Origin: Cycas panzhihuaensis
Taxonomy: Eukaryota; Plantae; Cycadophyta
Direction: 5' to 3'
Length of the DNA: 64,000 nt
NCBI GenBank assembly: GCA_023213395.1
Contig: CM041465.1
Coordinates: 220,913,741 to 220,977,740, forward strand
The position numbers and the translations under genes are program-made. Of this stretch, positions 25,961 through 37,479 are shown one piece after another; positions within the stretch are counted from its first letter, which is position 1, and every line of letters begins with the position of its first letter. The notes under the pieces are model-generated. The model did not search any database. It was not told the origin of the DNA and saw only the letters and a program-made list of their open reading frames with translations.

Positions 25961-26837
25961 TATTTTCTAATAGTAATAGCAAAGAAAGCATAGTTCAGTT
26001 GTACAACTATACAAATTTCCATACAAAAATGAAGGTGCACAGACAAGTGCAAAATATACCTCAAAATGAAGTACCTTTCACAAGGGTTCCAATTTTGAAA
26101 TTATTTTCCAGAGACAACTTCTAAATTAAGAGGAAACTGGCTTGAAACCTCTAGATGGGCCACTAGGGTTTTTCAAAAAATCGCTTTAAACTTTTGATAT
26201 CTTCAACCAATCTCTTCAAAAAAGGATTTAATAGATTTGTATCACTGAAACATAGGATTTACAAGTGATTTTACCCGAATTGATGCAAGATTCTAATCGA
26301 GATCTAAGGTGGAGTGCTCAAACCCACATGGACTAGGAAATGGCCAAAAACTGCCTCAAAACTATCTCAAATGTCTTCGTGCCAGTTGACAAAAGTGATG
26401 TTCGCACTGAGATCTATCTGCTGACCAAGTTTCATTAAATTCTAAGTACTCTCAAATTTCTTCGTCTGTACAAGTCCATACGAAATTGATTTCTGCAATC
26501 TTTTCGATCTTCTGGCAATTTTAATTTGCCTCTTCTTCAATGGTTAATTTAACCTCATAGTCTTTCTTCAAAAGGATGCACAATATTTGATGATTCCTCT
26601 CTCAGGCAGGCAGATCGACCCGCTCTGATACCATGTTAAACTCCAAACACAGATGGATGAAAATAACTTCCTTGATTTATTATGAGGGATATAGTCTCCT
26701 TAAATATACATGAGTAAATGCAACTGATACATGTATAGATGACACGTGTCAGACAAGTGTCTAAGTTACATAAAGAGGGATTAAGACATTACCCTCAAAA
26801 TACCCTTTAGGATAAAACATTATATCTTAACATTGCA

Positions 26838-26963
26838 ACCACTATTTCAGTTTGGTCCCATGCTCCTTTTACAAACAAAATTCCTCTAATTTTTTGCCTT
26901 CCAAGCATTATAATTATCACTAGAAAAGTTTTCTTGATCAGGAAGAGAGTACATTGTAGCCAT
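26838..26963 (-). pseudogene. gag N-terminus of C
   Basis: ATG at 26963 gives MATMYSLPDQENFSSDNYNAWK, the copia gag NY..W motif, directly beyond the D TSD. Confidence 0.75.
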
Positions 26964-27605
26964 TGAAAACAAAAATGAGATTGAAAATTTTTGTGAAATT
27001 TCTATATAGCACGGATCCATATGATGCATATGAATTCTCGAGCACTATAGAGAAAATATGAAGTGACCCTCAAATTGAAGGTCATCTCAACGTCATTATG
27101 GATCTGCAATCGATTTTTCGATCTAAACTCTAATTAGAGAGAAATCGACCTAGGAAACTCAAAATTGCAACTAGTGTTTTTTGTTTTTTTGTGTGTATTT
27201 TCCTATACAAACTCGAAACAAGGCCAAATCTAGTATCAATGCAAAGCTCTCGACATGATCTTTTTTTTATACCAGTCTCACCCTCTAAAACACTTTCCTT
27301 TTCAAGAAATTTACTTTAGAAGAAATTCGGCCAACCACTCTTATTTTGCTCAATTTCAACATCAAATCCTAAAAAAAAATAAGATTCAGAACCTCCTCAA
27401 AAGGGCAAATCTTTTGACTACTTTTTTGGTCTAATTTGATTGTACAATTTGTTCTATACTATTCTGGATAGTTCTGTACAATGTCTTCTTCTATCAAGAA
27501 ATAGACTTCCTTCTTCTTGAAGCCTCCACAAGTGGTCCCTTCAATATTGACCTTGAAACAACAAATAACTCCTTTAGAGAGAACCTTCAACTCGCTCTAA
27601 TACCA

Positions 27606-27830
27606 TGTAGGAAATGTGAGTGAAACTCCTTAATGATCTTGTATTGATAAGAATGCACATAAATACATAACAAGCCTTTCAACATGTGTGACAAGTGTCT
27701 TGCATGTAATAAGACATTCAACATGAATGGCAAGTGTCCTGCATGCAAAGAAAGGGAATGGATACATGACCCACAACTATTAGAAGCTAAGCCTAGGTTT
27801 ACAACTTAAAAATAAACATTATTCCTAACA
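27606..27830 (-). repeat. 5' LTR of C
   Basis: Adjacent degenerate PBS, TG...CA termini, homology to 1979-2138. Confidence 0.88.
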
Positions 27831-28229
27831 ATCCATATGAAATCATAATTGCTTTAAATCTTTGTTGCAAAAGGAAGAATCACTAAACTTTTCAAAACAC
27901 TCCTAAGGAATGATGTACTTAAAATGGGACCATGATGTCTATATTCTAGTTGAAGATCCTGATTATTCTTCAAATTTGGGCATGTCAAAGAAATTATTTC
28001 ATGGTAACACCCCTAATACTTGTTTTACGAGCATCACGATTAAGTAGGAGGGGGCAATATAATTATGGCAATGAGTTGACAAACCTAGCCAAGTTGTTAG
28101 ATGCATTATTTATTCATTCACATCCACCCAAGTTTCCAAAGATAAACGTTTTTAACAAGGGGGGCTAAAAGAAATAATTAATTTTCTTTTGTTTTGATGA
28201 AGACCAATTAAAAGACCCTTTGAGATGAT

Positions 28230-30500
28230 GGATTAGAAGCAATCTAAGAGTTTAAATTCCATTATCATTTGCTTGTTGTGGATATGAGGCCTAAGATGAA
28301 GGCTCGAAGGGAAAAATCGAAGGAGTAGCAAAATAGAATAGAGAAAGCGTATAATAAAAAGGGCTATAGTGCCCATAGAAGTTGGAAAGACAATCATGGA
28401 ATAACAAAAGACTGAAGACTCTGCCATACAACAGAGGACAATAATGTGGTTACAGTTGAAGAAGAAAGCAATGGAAATGGATGGTGAGGCATCCATCACA
28501 AAGCCACAAATGGAAAAAGCTAAGAGGAAGCAAGATATGCCATCCAAAGAGTAGATAAGAGAGAAATCTGTTCAAAAGTGCAAGAAGAGAAAACAGCCAA
28601 AAGAAATAGAAAAACCTAAACCAAAGAAGCCCATAGCTAAATTAAATGTAGTTAAACTAATGAAAAAACAAAGAAAAAGAAAAATATTGAGAACCAAGTA
28701 CAAACCACCAACGATTGAAGCAAAGGAGAAACGGTTAACCAAGAAGAGACAATCATAAGCTAAGCTAGAAGAAGATGAAAGGGAAAAATTAGAGAAGACA
28801 AAGAAGAGAAGGAAATTGAAGGACAAGCATAAAAAGATAACCATAACCCCACGATAGGAAATAGATTTTAGAGAGCTTCTTGATAAAAATTCTTCATTGG
28901 AAAAAGCATTGAAAGAACATGGATTATGGACCCTTTGTTATTTTCGGCATTTTCATATCAACCTTCAAAGTATAAATGAATTTGCAGCAAATTTTCTAAA
29001 AGAAAAACTAGGGTCCATGGGGTTAAAATTCGAACAAGTTGAAAGGTGATTTCCAAAGCCTTGGGAATACCTAAGGAAAGAAAAATTATAGATACCTCCC
29101 TAGGGAAGAAGGGAGAATTTAACAAATTATTGAGTAAGGCTAAAAGGAAAGCTATGAGTAAACCTTATTTGAAAACTATACCAACTAAAAAATTGTCAGA
29201 GCCATGGAAATCCCTTAGCCTTATGCTTTCCAAGTGTGTGTTTATGAGGCTACATCCCACCTATCTTTATACCCCTCACCTTAAAATTTTGAGTATTTGG
29301 AAGCAAGGCCAAAAAGTGAATTTAGCAAAACTCATAAAGGCACTAGTGACCTAGAATATAGAGTGGATTTTAAGTGCTAAGGATCCCACAAAAATCCCTC
29401 TTCTCTATCCATTTGTTTTTCAAACACTCATTAATTTTCAGTTGGCTAAACAAAAGGCAATGGAGCAAGGACAATCTAGTCCAACATCCACTCAGAAGGA
29501 ATTTAAGAGATGTGAGAAAACAAGTCAAAAGGTGAAAAGCCAACTATTTTTGTGGCAAGGAAAATTGAAAGAGAAGGAAGAAGAAGTCCATCAACGAAAT
29601 GAAGAATCCACTGCTAAGAAAATGATGCTATTAGCTCAACAAGAAGAGTTCAGGACCACTAAGAAGAAGATAGAGAAAACAAGAACAAACTTGGAAACAC
29701 TATAAATTAAATATGATTCCCATATTGGTAGTATTATTAAGTCAAGTCCATTATCACTGGAGTGTAGGCCTCATACTAAGGTATATAGCTTGTTTTATCA
29801 AGAGAGAGATATCACTCTCCAGATTCGCTCCTTTGCTACAGTCAAGCCACTCACGAATGGATTTTGGGAGATTTTGAAGGGGTTCTGGGAGTTATGCAAA
29901 GAAGATAAGGATCTCCTAGCAAAAATGTTTCTTGCCAATGAGTTTAAGACACCACTGGATGATATCCCCAATATTCTTATGGAAAACACGCACATGAGAG
30001 TCTTCTACTCTGCCTATTTCACAGAGTTGATCTAGACTACTATTTCTACTTCCTATCAAAAACGAAAAAAGGGAACACCTCAAAAACTCTAAGGTAACGA
30101 TATGTCCACAACAAATTCAATTTCTTTGCATACTTGGTTGATGGCAAATGAATCAATACGAAAAGTCTATTTGAGGAATCAATAGGATGTAATCAAAAGT
30201 TGGAAAGCAAAGAAGGATGGGTTGTTGAGAACTACCTTCCATTCAGACAAAAGTAAAACTAAAGGCTTGAGCCAAGAGTTGGCAACTATTGAACCACATT
30301 GTGAAGAGGAATATCAATTGGTAGCCTCTACGATGATACAATTAGTAGGACGATTGAGACAGGTGTAGACTAGATGGATTGGCACTATGCACGAGCTTCA
30401 TTTATTATTTATGCCCTTCACAACACAAGTATAGGTGGGGCAGCTCCGTTGTCGACATTCTTATCAAGTGGACAAGAGAACTAGTTACAGGATGAACTAT
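28230..30500 (+). pseudogene. Decayed long K/E-rich ORF, probably a retrotransposon accessory (env-like or Athila/Transposase_32-like) gene
   Basis: Stop-interrupted reading frame: basic N-region, then ISKALGIP..W..L...L.KC..T..HL.IL...GQKVNLAKLI (29046-29354), a coiled-coil-like stretch (29442-29705) and a C-terminal part (29790-30035). It lies upstream of a putative LTR. The family assignment is from pattern memory only. Confidence 0.5.
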
Positions 30501-31129
30501 TCAAGGTGCTACATTGGTTGACCTCCAACATGATTTTGCACGTAGTCAAGTGGTAGCATTGTCGACTTAGCCAATTCTTTTGAGTTCACCACCAGAGGAA
30601 TAGAAACCAACAAGGAGAAGGGGAAGGTTGCTTGAAGATGAAACATGGGCAAAGTAAGGGGAAATAATGAGGTGTATTTTGATGACTTATCATCATTCAT
30701 TTTGTTATCATTTTCACTTCTACTCTCCCTCTTTCTATCATTTTTGTAAAAGCCTAGGACTAATTATAATAGTTGTTGATGTGCACCTTCACAGATAGCC
30801 ATTTTGTAAAATCGTTTCTCTTTAGTTAAACAATTAGCAACTATTCCAATATTTTGAAGCAATCTCAAACTATCTCAAAAATATTTAAGCAATCACAAAT
30901 TGCTTCAATAAAATTGAAATAGTTCTTGGCAAGAAACCATCGCTTATAAGAATTAGTTGTGTTAACATCATTAACCCCCAAGAACTTTAGAGGTTATACA
31001 ATTACACTTTTGAATGTATAAATACTATTTTTTTATAATTAAATAACTAAAATAGGTTTTGGAGATTTCATTTTGCATTGCTAGTGGGTCTCTTCTATTT
31101 TTCTCTTCCACTCACATTCACCCTCTATG

Positions 31130-34100
31130 TGTTGAAAATAATGTACATTCCTAGTACATGTTCATTTAAATTCATTTCATTTCATGTAATTAGAATATTT
31201 CCTCACATGGAATATTCTAAGTGAGAGAATATTCTTAGTTCTTAGTCAAAGTTATTAATGTGTTGGTTAGTAGGAGTCAGAGATGGTTGCAACATTCAAT
31301 ATGGTAGTTGATAGCCTACCATAGTTTGAGGGAGTAGTTAATTAGCCATTATGTTAAGGTTAAAATTAACTCCTATCTTTAAAACCATTGTAAAATTATA
31401 TATATGTATGGTATTATTCATTTTTGCTCAATGCAATTGTTGGAGAGTTGTGAGTCATTTGTCATATTGTCATTTCTTGTAGTTGTTCTTACGTATGCTT
31501 TATGACATGTCTCCTCTTATCCACTATCTTCCAACATGGTATCAGAGCAAATAGGTTATGGACACTTGTGTGAAGCCATGTCTTTGATCTAAGTTCTGTC
31601 CTAAACTAACCTCCATTCACTCACTTGCTCAAGAGTGTTAGTTGTTCAGAGCCTAGATTTTTAACAATTGTATGCTGAATTCTGTCCATGTCTGTGCTAG
31701 GTTCTGTTTAAAGATGACTTCAGTAAGATCTCTTGCTGCTTTCTATCACATGTGAAGAGAAGTTATCTCTTGTGAAGTTGCCTCTTTGTGTGACTGTCTA
31801 GTTGTTGTTCCCCAAGGAAAAAACCAACTGCCTGAGGTTGCTTGGATCATTGTCGTCCTTCATTCCAGAAACAAGTCGTCACCATGCTTGTTGTTTGTTA
31901 GTCCTAGAGACGTTAGTCATTGCACAGATGTCAGGGGCCGCTTTCTGTTGGTCCTCTCTGCTGGAGAGCCATCCTTCTCCCGCCACTGCAATTCGTGAGC
32001 TGCCCTCGTTGCAGAAACAGAGCAAATGTTTGCTACCCTCCATTGACTCACGTTGTTGCTCGAAGTCTGTCGCAAGACTTGAGACAACCGCCATACAGTC
32101 TGCTGCCACCACTGTTGCAAATCCTTGTCGTCCACGGTCACTCAACAGCCGCCATTCAAAAAACCACAGTCATCGGACAGCCACCCCAACAAAATCGAAT
32201 AAAAATTTTGGTTATATGTTAAGTCAAAACATTGATATGTACATATTGGCATATATATAGGAATATGCCAATTTTGATTAACAAATTTATTTCAAAGGTT
32301 CTTTTTAATAATTCTTTTATAAAGAAATTTAAATTTAACTTTAAAGTGATATTTTGTTATAGATCGAAATCATACTTTAAGAGGATTTTTATTCTCTATG
32401 AAGTTTACTTTCATGATCTCATTTGAAGAAAAATTTTTAGAAGAATATTATATATTAGAGTCATACATTAAGAGGATTAATTTGTCATTGATACTATATA
32501 TTAATCCTCATTAAATGTATTTCTCTTTGGCTTCATTTAAAAGAATATTTTTAATGACATATAAAGTACTTTAAGAGGATTTTCTTATACATTTTATCCT
32601 CTTGTAAAAGCTTTTTTTTTGCTCCATTTTAAAAGGTATTTCAAGAGGATTTTCAAGTACCTTATTCTCTTTGAAATGTATTCTTACATCTTCAATTACA
32701 GAATACTTTAAGAGGATTTTAATAAAGGCTATACTCTTTTTAAAGCATCTCTTCGCAGCATAACAGATATCTCAAGAGGATTATTTATCCTCTTTTAAAG
32801 GGTAGTTTTGGCAACATTTAAAGGAGTGTTTCAAGGACTTTTTCCAATTATTTTATCCTTTTTAAAAATATTTCTTTTATAAATTGGGCATGATACCTTA
32901 AGGAGTTAATCTTCATTTTAAAGGGTATTTTTAAAGGCTTCAATGTAAGAGTACTTCAAGGGGATTTTAAGCTATTTAGCCTTGCACTTCATCCTCCTTT
33001 GTAAGTATCTCTTGGTCTCATTCAAATAGTACTTTCAAGGGTTTTTTTTCTCATCTACTTTATCCTCATTAGAGTGTATCTTTTAACTCTATTTTAAGAG
33101 AATTTTCCAATGTACTTTGAGAGTATTTTTAAAGGGGAGTTTTCAATATACTTTGTCCTCTTTTGAGAGCACTTTAAGAGGATTTTTTAATGTACTTCAG
33201 CCTTTTTTAATGGTGTATTTAAAACATCTTTTAAACCTTTTTATTTGTACTCTTTGAGTGTAATTCACCCTGTGGTCACTAAGCGATGTGACACTCATAC
33301 TTGAGGTGATTTAAACACTACTTAATTTTCTTAATTACAGACTTTATAAAATGTCTATGAATTATTGGCTATAGTTTACCAGATTCACTAAGGCATGATG
33401 TAAGTTCTATGTGATGTAACATTTTCCAATCTTACAAAGACCTATGGAAGTTTTTAAAGGAGATGACAACAAGCCAACTTGGTCCAAATGATGGCACTAA
33501 AGAAACACAACATGGCATGACTTGGCAGAACAAGAACCTAGAATATTGTCATTCATTATTTGTCAATTAATTGATGAGTTAATTACTCATCTTCAAAAAA
33601 ATTGCTTGCATATGATGCATGAAGACTCTCTTGAATTTGTTAGAGTCTTCATACTTGCTTTACTCTTGTCAAATATCTATGCTTTATCTCTCTTCACTTG
33701 TAGAAACTGAAGGAGACAAGTGAATTATGTTGCTGAATTATGGAGCACATTACTCTTATCAACCTGCATGAGGCTTATCATACCTTTGTAGACTACCTCA
33801 ACCTCTTTTCATTTGTGAGTTGGGTAGCTTATTGTTGTAGCATATTGTGTTATGGTTATGATAGTAGCAACGTTGTGGTGTTAATGGAAATAGTCACAAT
33901 GACAATAGTGCATAGAATCAAGCACGATATTGTATGCTAGGATTATGACATTTGGAGAAGCAGAACAATAAGCGTGATTTTCATGCATTAATGATCACAA
34001 CTAGTATGCATTACATGAGAATAATGAAATCCTCTTTGGTAGCTTTGTACAAGCAACTGCAAAGGCATATTCAATAATAAGATGTGGATGACACTTAGTT

Positions 34101-35098
34101 CTGGTCGATTCTAATCAACAACAAGATGTGCATTGACCGCTTAATTCAGGTTCAACCTAATCAACAACAAGATGAGATGACACTTAGTTGGTCTTAATCA
34201 ACGAAAGAATGTGCATTGACCACTTAGTCTTGGTTGATCTCTTGCAACAGTAAAGGTCGAATCAACAATAGGAAGTGCACTTTTGACACTTAATTCTGGT
34301 TGATTTTTGGGGCAGTATGAAACAATTGATAATTTCTCTCTTTCAACGAAACAATATACAAAGCAACAGTTACAAATCCTTGAAGTTGTTTTTGGCTTAA
34401 TTGAATTCTTAACCACATGTGACTTGTTCAATTGTTCTATAACAACCAAAGAGCCTTCCAGCTATCAAAAAATTGGGTTTCCATGACAGATTCAAGTTTA
34501 TGAAAGAAAACCCAGACCATCATACTGTTCAATAATAAGTGGAGCATGGCATAGTTGTGTTGATATATTGTACCTCAAAAGATCAAGTTCTCACCTAAAC
34601 TTTGGGTTGTGAAAGGTTTGGGAGACTTAGGACACTAATGTTTATGATAGGAAATGAACTTAACATTATGGGAAGGTGTTGGAAATAATGTACATTCCCA
34701 TTACATGTTCATTTAAGTTCATTTCATTTCATGTAATTAGAATATTTTCTCACATAGAATATTCTAAGTGAAAAAATATTCTTAATTAAAATATTCTTAG
34801 TCAAAGTCATTAATATGTTGGTTAGTAAGAGTCAAAGATGGTTGCAACATTAAATATGATAGTTGATAACCTACCATAATTTAAGGGAGTAGTTAATTAA
34901 CCATTATGTTATGGTTAGAACTAACTCCTATCTTTAAAACCATTGTAAAATTATATATATATACGTATTGTATCATTCATTTTTACTCAATGAGATTGTT
35001 GAAAAGTTGTGAGTCGTTTGTCATATTGTCATTTCTTATAGTTTTTCTTACATGTGCTTTATGGCATGTCTCCTCCTCTTATCCACTATCTTCCAACG
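31130..35098 (+). mobile_element. Non-autonomous LTR retrotransposon B2 (older member of family B, about 3.97 kb)
   Basis: LTRs 31130-31536 and 34677-35098, roughly 10% divergent by eye. Perfect TSD CTATG. PBS at 31537-31548 and PPT gggaagg. Interior 33240-34676 is colinear with B1 11960-13519. Confidence 0.94.
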
Positions 35099-35352
35099 CT
35101 ATGCCCATTAATTCAAGATGAAAAAAGGGGTGTGCTACTACAAAAGCAATGCCAATGAATTGGAAAGCAATTTTTTTTTGTGCAATTAATTGGATCATTG
35201 ACTCCTTTGTTTAGTATGATTCTTTATTGAACCTTAACACGATTGTGTAATTCGAAAGAGCGATTGGGCAATTTTAATCTTGTGATTTCATTCATTGTAT
35301 AGGCAACACTTGTGTAGCTTCTTCGTTCACACTACCTTGGAAGGGTACGAAG

Positions 35353-35916
35353 TGTTAGAATGGGCCTAATGGCCACATAGGTCCAAGATCATTAACAAAG
35401 CACAATGCCATTAAATGCATTAAGCATAAACAACAAAGAACTCAAAGAGAAATAGGAGCAAGATCACAATACCAAGTATGGGGTGTTGGAATTAGTCCAA
35501 CAACCAAAGAATGCTTCAGCTTGATTAGCAAACTGATAGAATAACAATGAGCTCCAACTCTTGAATGTTCAACAATGAAGGAGAGGTCTCATTATATAGA
35601 GTGAGATGAGAGACCTAAGGCCTTGGATGTTTGACAAGTGTCAAACATCCAAGATACATGCCTTGGATGTTGGACATATGTCCTTTTGAAAGCTCTTGTG
35701 TGAGCAAAAGTGCAAGGGGGTCATTTGACCCTCAAGTGACATAAGTGACAACGTTATGTCACTAGTCATAAAGTGGGTGTGTACTTTATCACTTAAGTGA
35801 TAAAGTCAACCCTAAAGTACAAAAGTGCACATAAACATTAAAGTGCACACATAATACATAAATATAAAGTACATAAGCTTAACATATAAACATAAGGTAA
35901 AACATAAGGTTTAACA
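35353..35916 (-). mobile_element. Solo LTR of family A (divergent subfamily)
   Basis: tgttagaa...gtttaaca with perfect TSD CGAAG on both sides, no PBS or PPT, and the A-LTR core palindromes. Confidence 0.93.
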
Positions 35917-35978
35917 CGAAGCCCGATTTGAAAAGATTGTTTTGAGTTCTTTAAGAGCCATCCAAAAACCATCAACAT

Positions 35979-35997
35979 ACACACACACACACACACA
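35979..35997. repeat. (AC)n microsatellite
   Basis: About 9 AC units. Confidence 0.9.
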
Positions 35998-36432
35998 TTA
36001 TATATGTATTGTAATAATGGACTTTTAAGCCAAATCAAAATATCATGCTAATATCGATGAGGTTAATAGTAGAAATAAAAGCCTAATGGTAGGCTTATCT
36101 TCTCAAAAGGCTTATATTAAAACTTGTTGTGGCTCAAAAATACTTTATTATTATTCGTTAATCTTCAACATATTCACACCCAATGGATTTGTATGGCTTA
36201 CCAACTAGATCCTCTAAAGACTCCCTCTAAATTTTAAGTTAGTGTAGAGCTTATTGCCAGAAATTGATTCTATGTAGTTGGTTTTATGGAATCCTTCAAA
36301 TCCTTTAAAAAGAAATGCACATTGCTTAGGATCTAATTTGCAAGAAGACTATTAATCGTGGAAAAACACGAGATAAGACAATAGTCAAAAATTGCGATCG
36401 TCACATATTTGTTCTACTTTCGGATGAAAATC

Positions 36433-36840
36433 AAACGAAACTAGAGCGATCACTACTGAAGGGCACTAACAAGGTTTCATAAGGGAGAAAATAATGAGTG
36501 AAATGGATGATTTCTAATCGATAGCTCCTTTGACTTACCTTTTTTTTTTTGGATAGTTTGACGATAAAATGAAAAGTATTTAATGTAGAAAAAGCATAAT
36601 AGTTACATCAAATTCATTTAATTTGATGGAGAAAAAATAATTAACAAAACTAAAGTGATCACTATTGAAGGGTACTAACAAGGTTTCATACGGGAGAAAA
36701 TAATGAGTAAAATGGATGATTTCTAATCAATAGCTCCTTTAACCTTTTTTTATTTTTTTGGATAATTTGACAATAAAATGAAAAGCATTTGATGTAGAAA
36801 AAACTTTATAGTTACATCAAATTCATTTAATTTGTTGGAG
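36433..36840. repeat. Tandem duplication, period about 209 bp
   Basis: gatcactactgaaggg...aatttgatggag at 36448 recurs at 36657. Confidence 0.92.
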
Positions 36841-37479
36841 AATATATCATTATAGTTGCATCAAATTCATTAAAGGTTCTTGTATACTTTGGCACAGAAA
36901 CTTGGTTGTCTAATGATAAAATTAAATATCTTAACTTAAAAAACTACCAATTCCCCTCAAAGTTTTATGAATTCATTCTTAATAGCAATTTGTTTTTGCA
37001 AAGTAATTCATCATCTCCTATTTGTAAGTGAAAATAACAAACTCAATTGTTTTAAGTGAAATTAGGTAGAAGGGGAGGTTTCAACATTAAATAAGTGCTT
37101 GACTAAAGGCCTTGGCATAAATCCACCTTATTAGCTAATGATTTCAATAATAATCACCTAAAGCAACTAGGTTTACTATTTTCCAACATTATCGAGCTCA
37201 CAAATAATGTACCCAATTCAAGAATTCCTAATTGGGTTCGGTTGAGCCCCAAATCCTATTAAGTCAAGTTTAGTCAAATCAAAGCCCACAAAGGAACTAA
37301 GTTTGACTGGCAAAATAAGTCTTCTGAATTGAAATGAAATTGATTTACATAAACTCAATTTTTAGAGCTCATTTGAACTAAGAATTTTTTAAGAATTCTA
37401 AGTTAGGGTTTAGAAGACAAGGCCAATATCACACAAAGCCAACAGTAACATAGCATTATGGAGGGTTCAAAGAGTATAT

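Larger units (their letters stand above)
16353..26832 (-). mobile_element. Ty1/copia element D inserted in the gag of C, interrupted by E
   Basis: LTRs 16353-16564 and 26634-26832. Perfect TSD TTGCA. PPT ccctctctt from 16565. PBS gctctgatacca at 26622-26633. Confidence 0.95.
1979..27830 (-). mobile_element. Ty1/copia element C, old, interrupted by A2 and D
   Basis: LTRs 1979-2138 and 27606-27830 (tgtaggaa...cctaaca). Flanks gtcca/atcca form a TSD with 1 mismatch. PPT is the C-run at 2139-2148. Degenerate PBS gctctaatacca at 27594-27605. gag/pol fragments are colinear once the inserts are removed. Confidence 0.88.
30774..35977 (+). repeat. Putative old LTR (element F) split by B2 and the solo LTR
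   Basis: Terminal inverted repeat TGTTGATG...CATCAACA and a TATA-like tataaata near 31017. About 660 bp remain after removing the inserts. No TSD. The start might instead be near 30673, after a purine tract. Confidence 0.45.
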
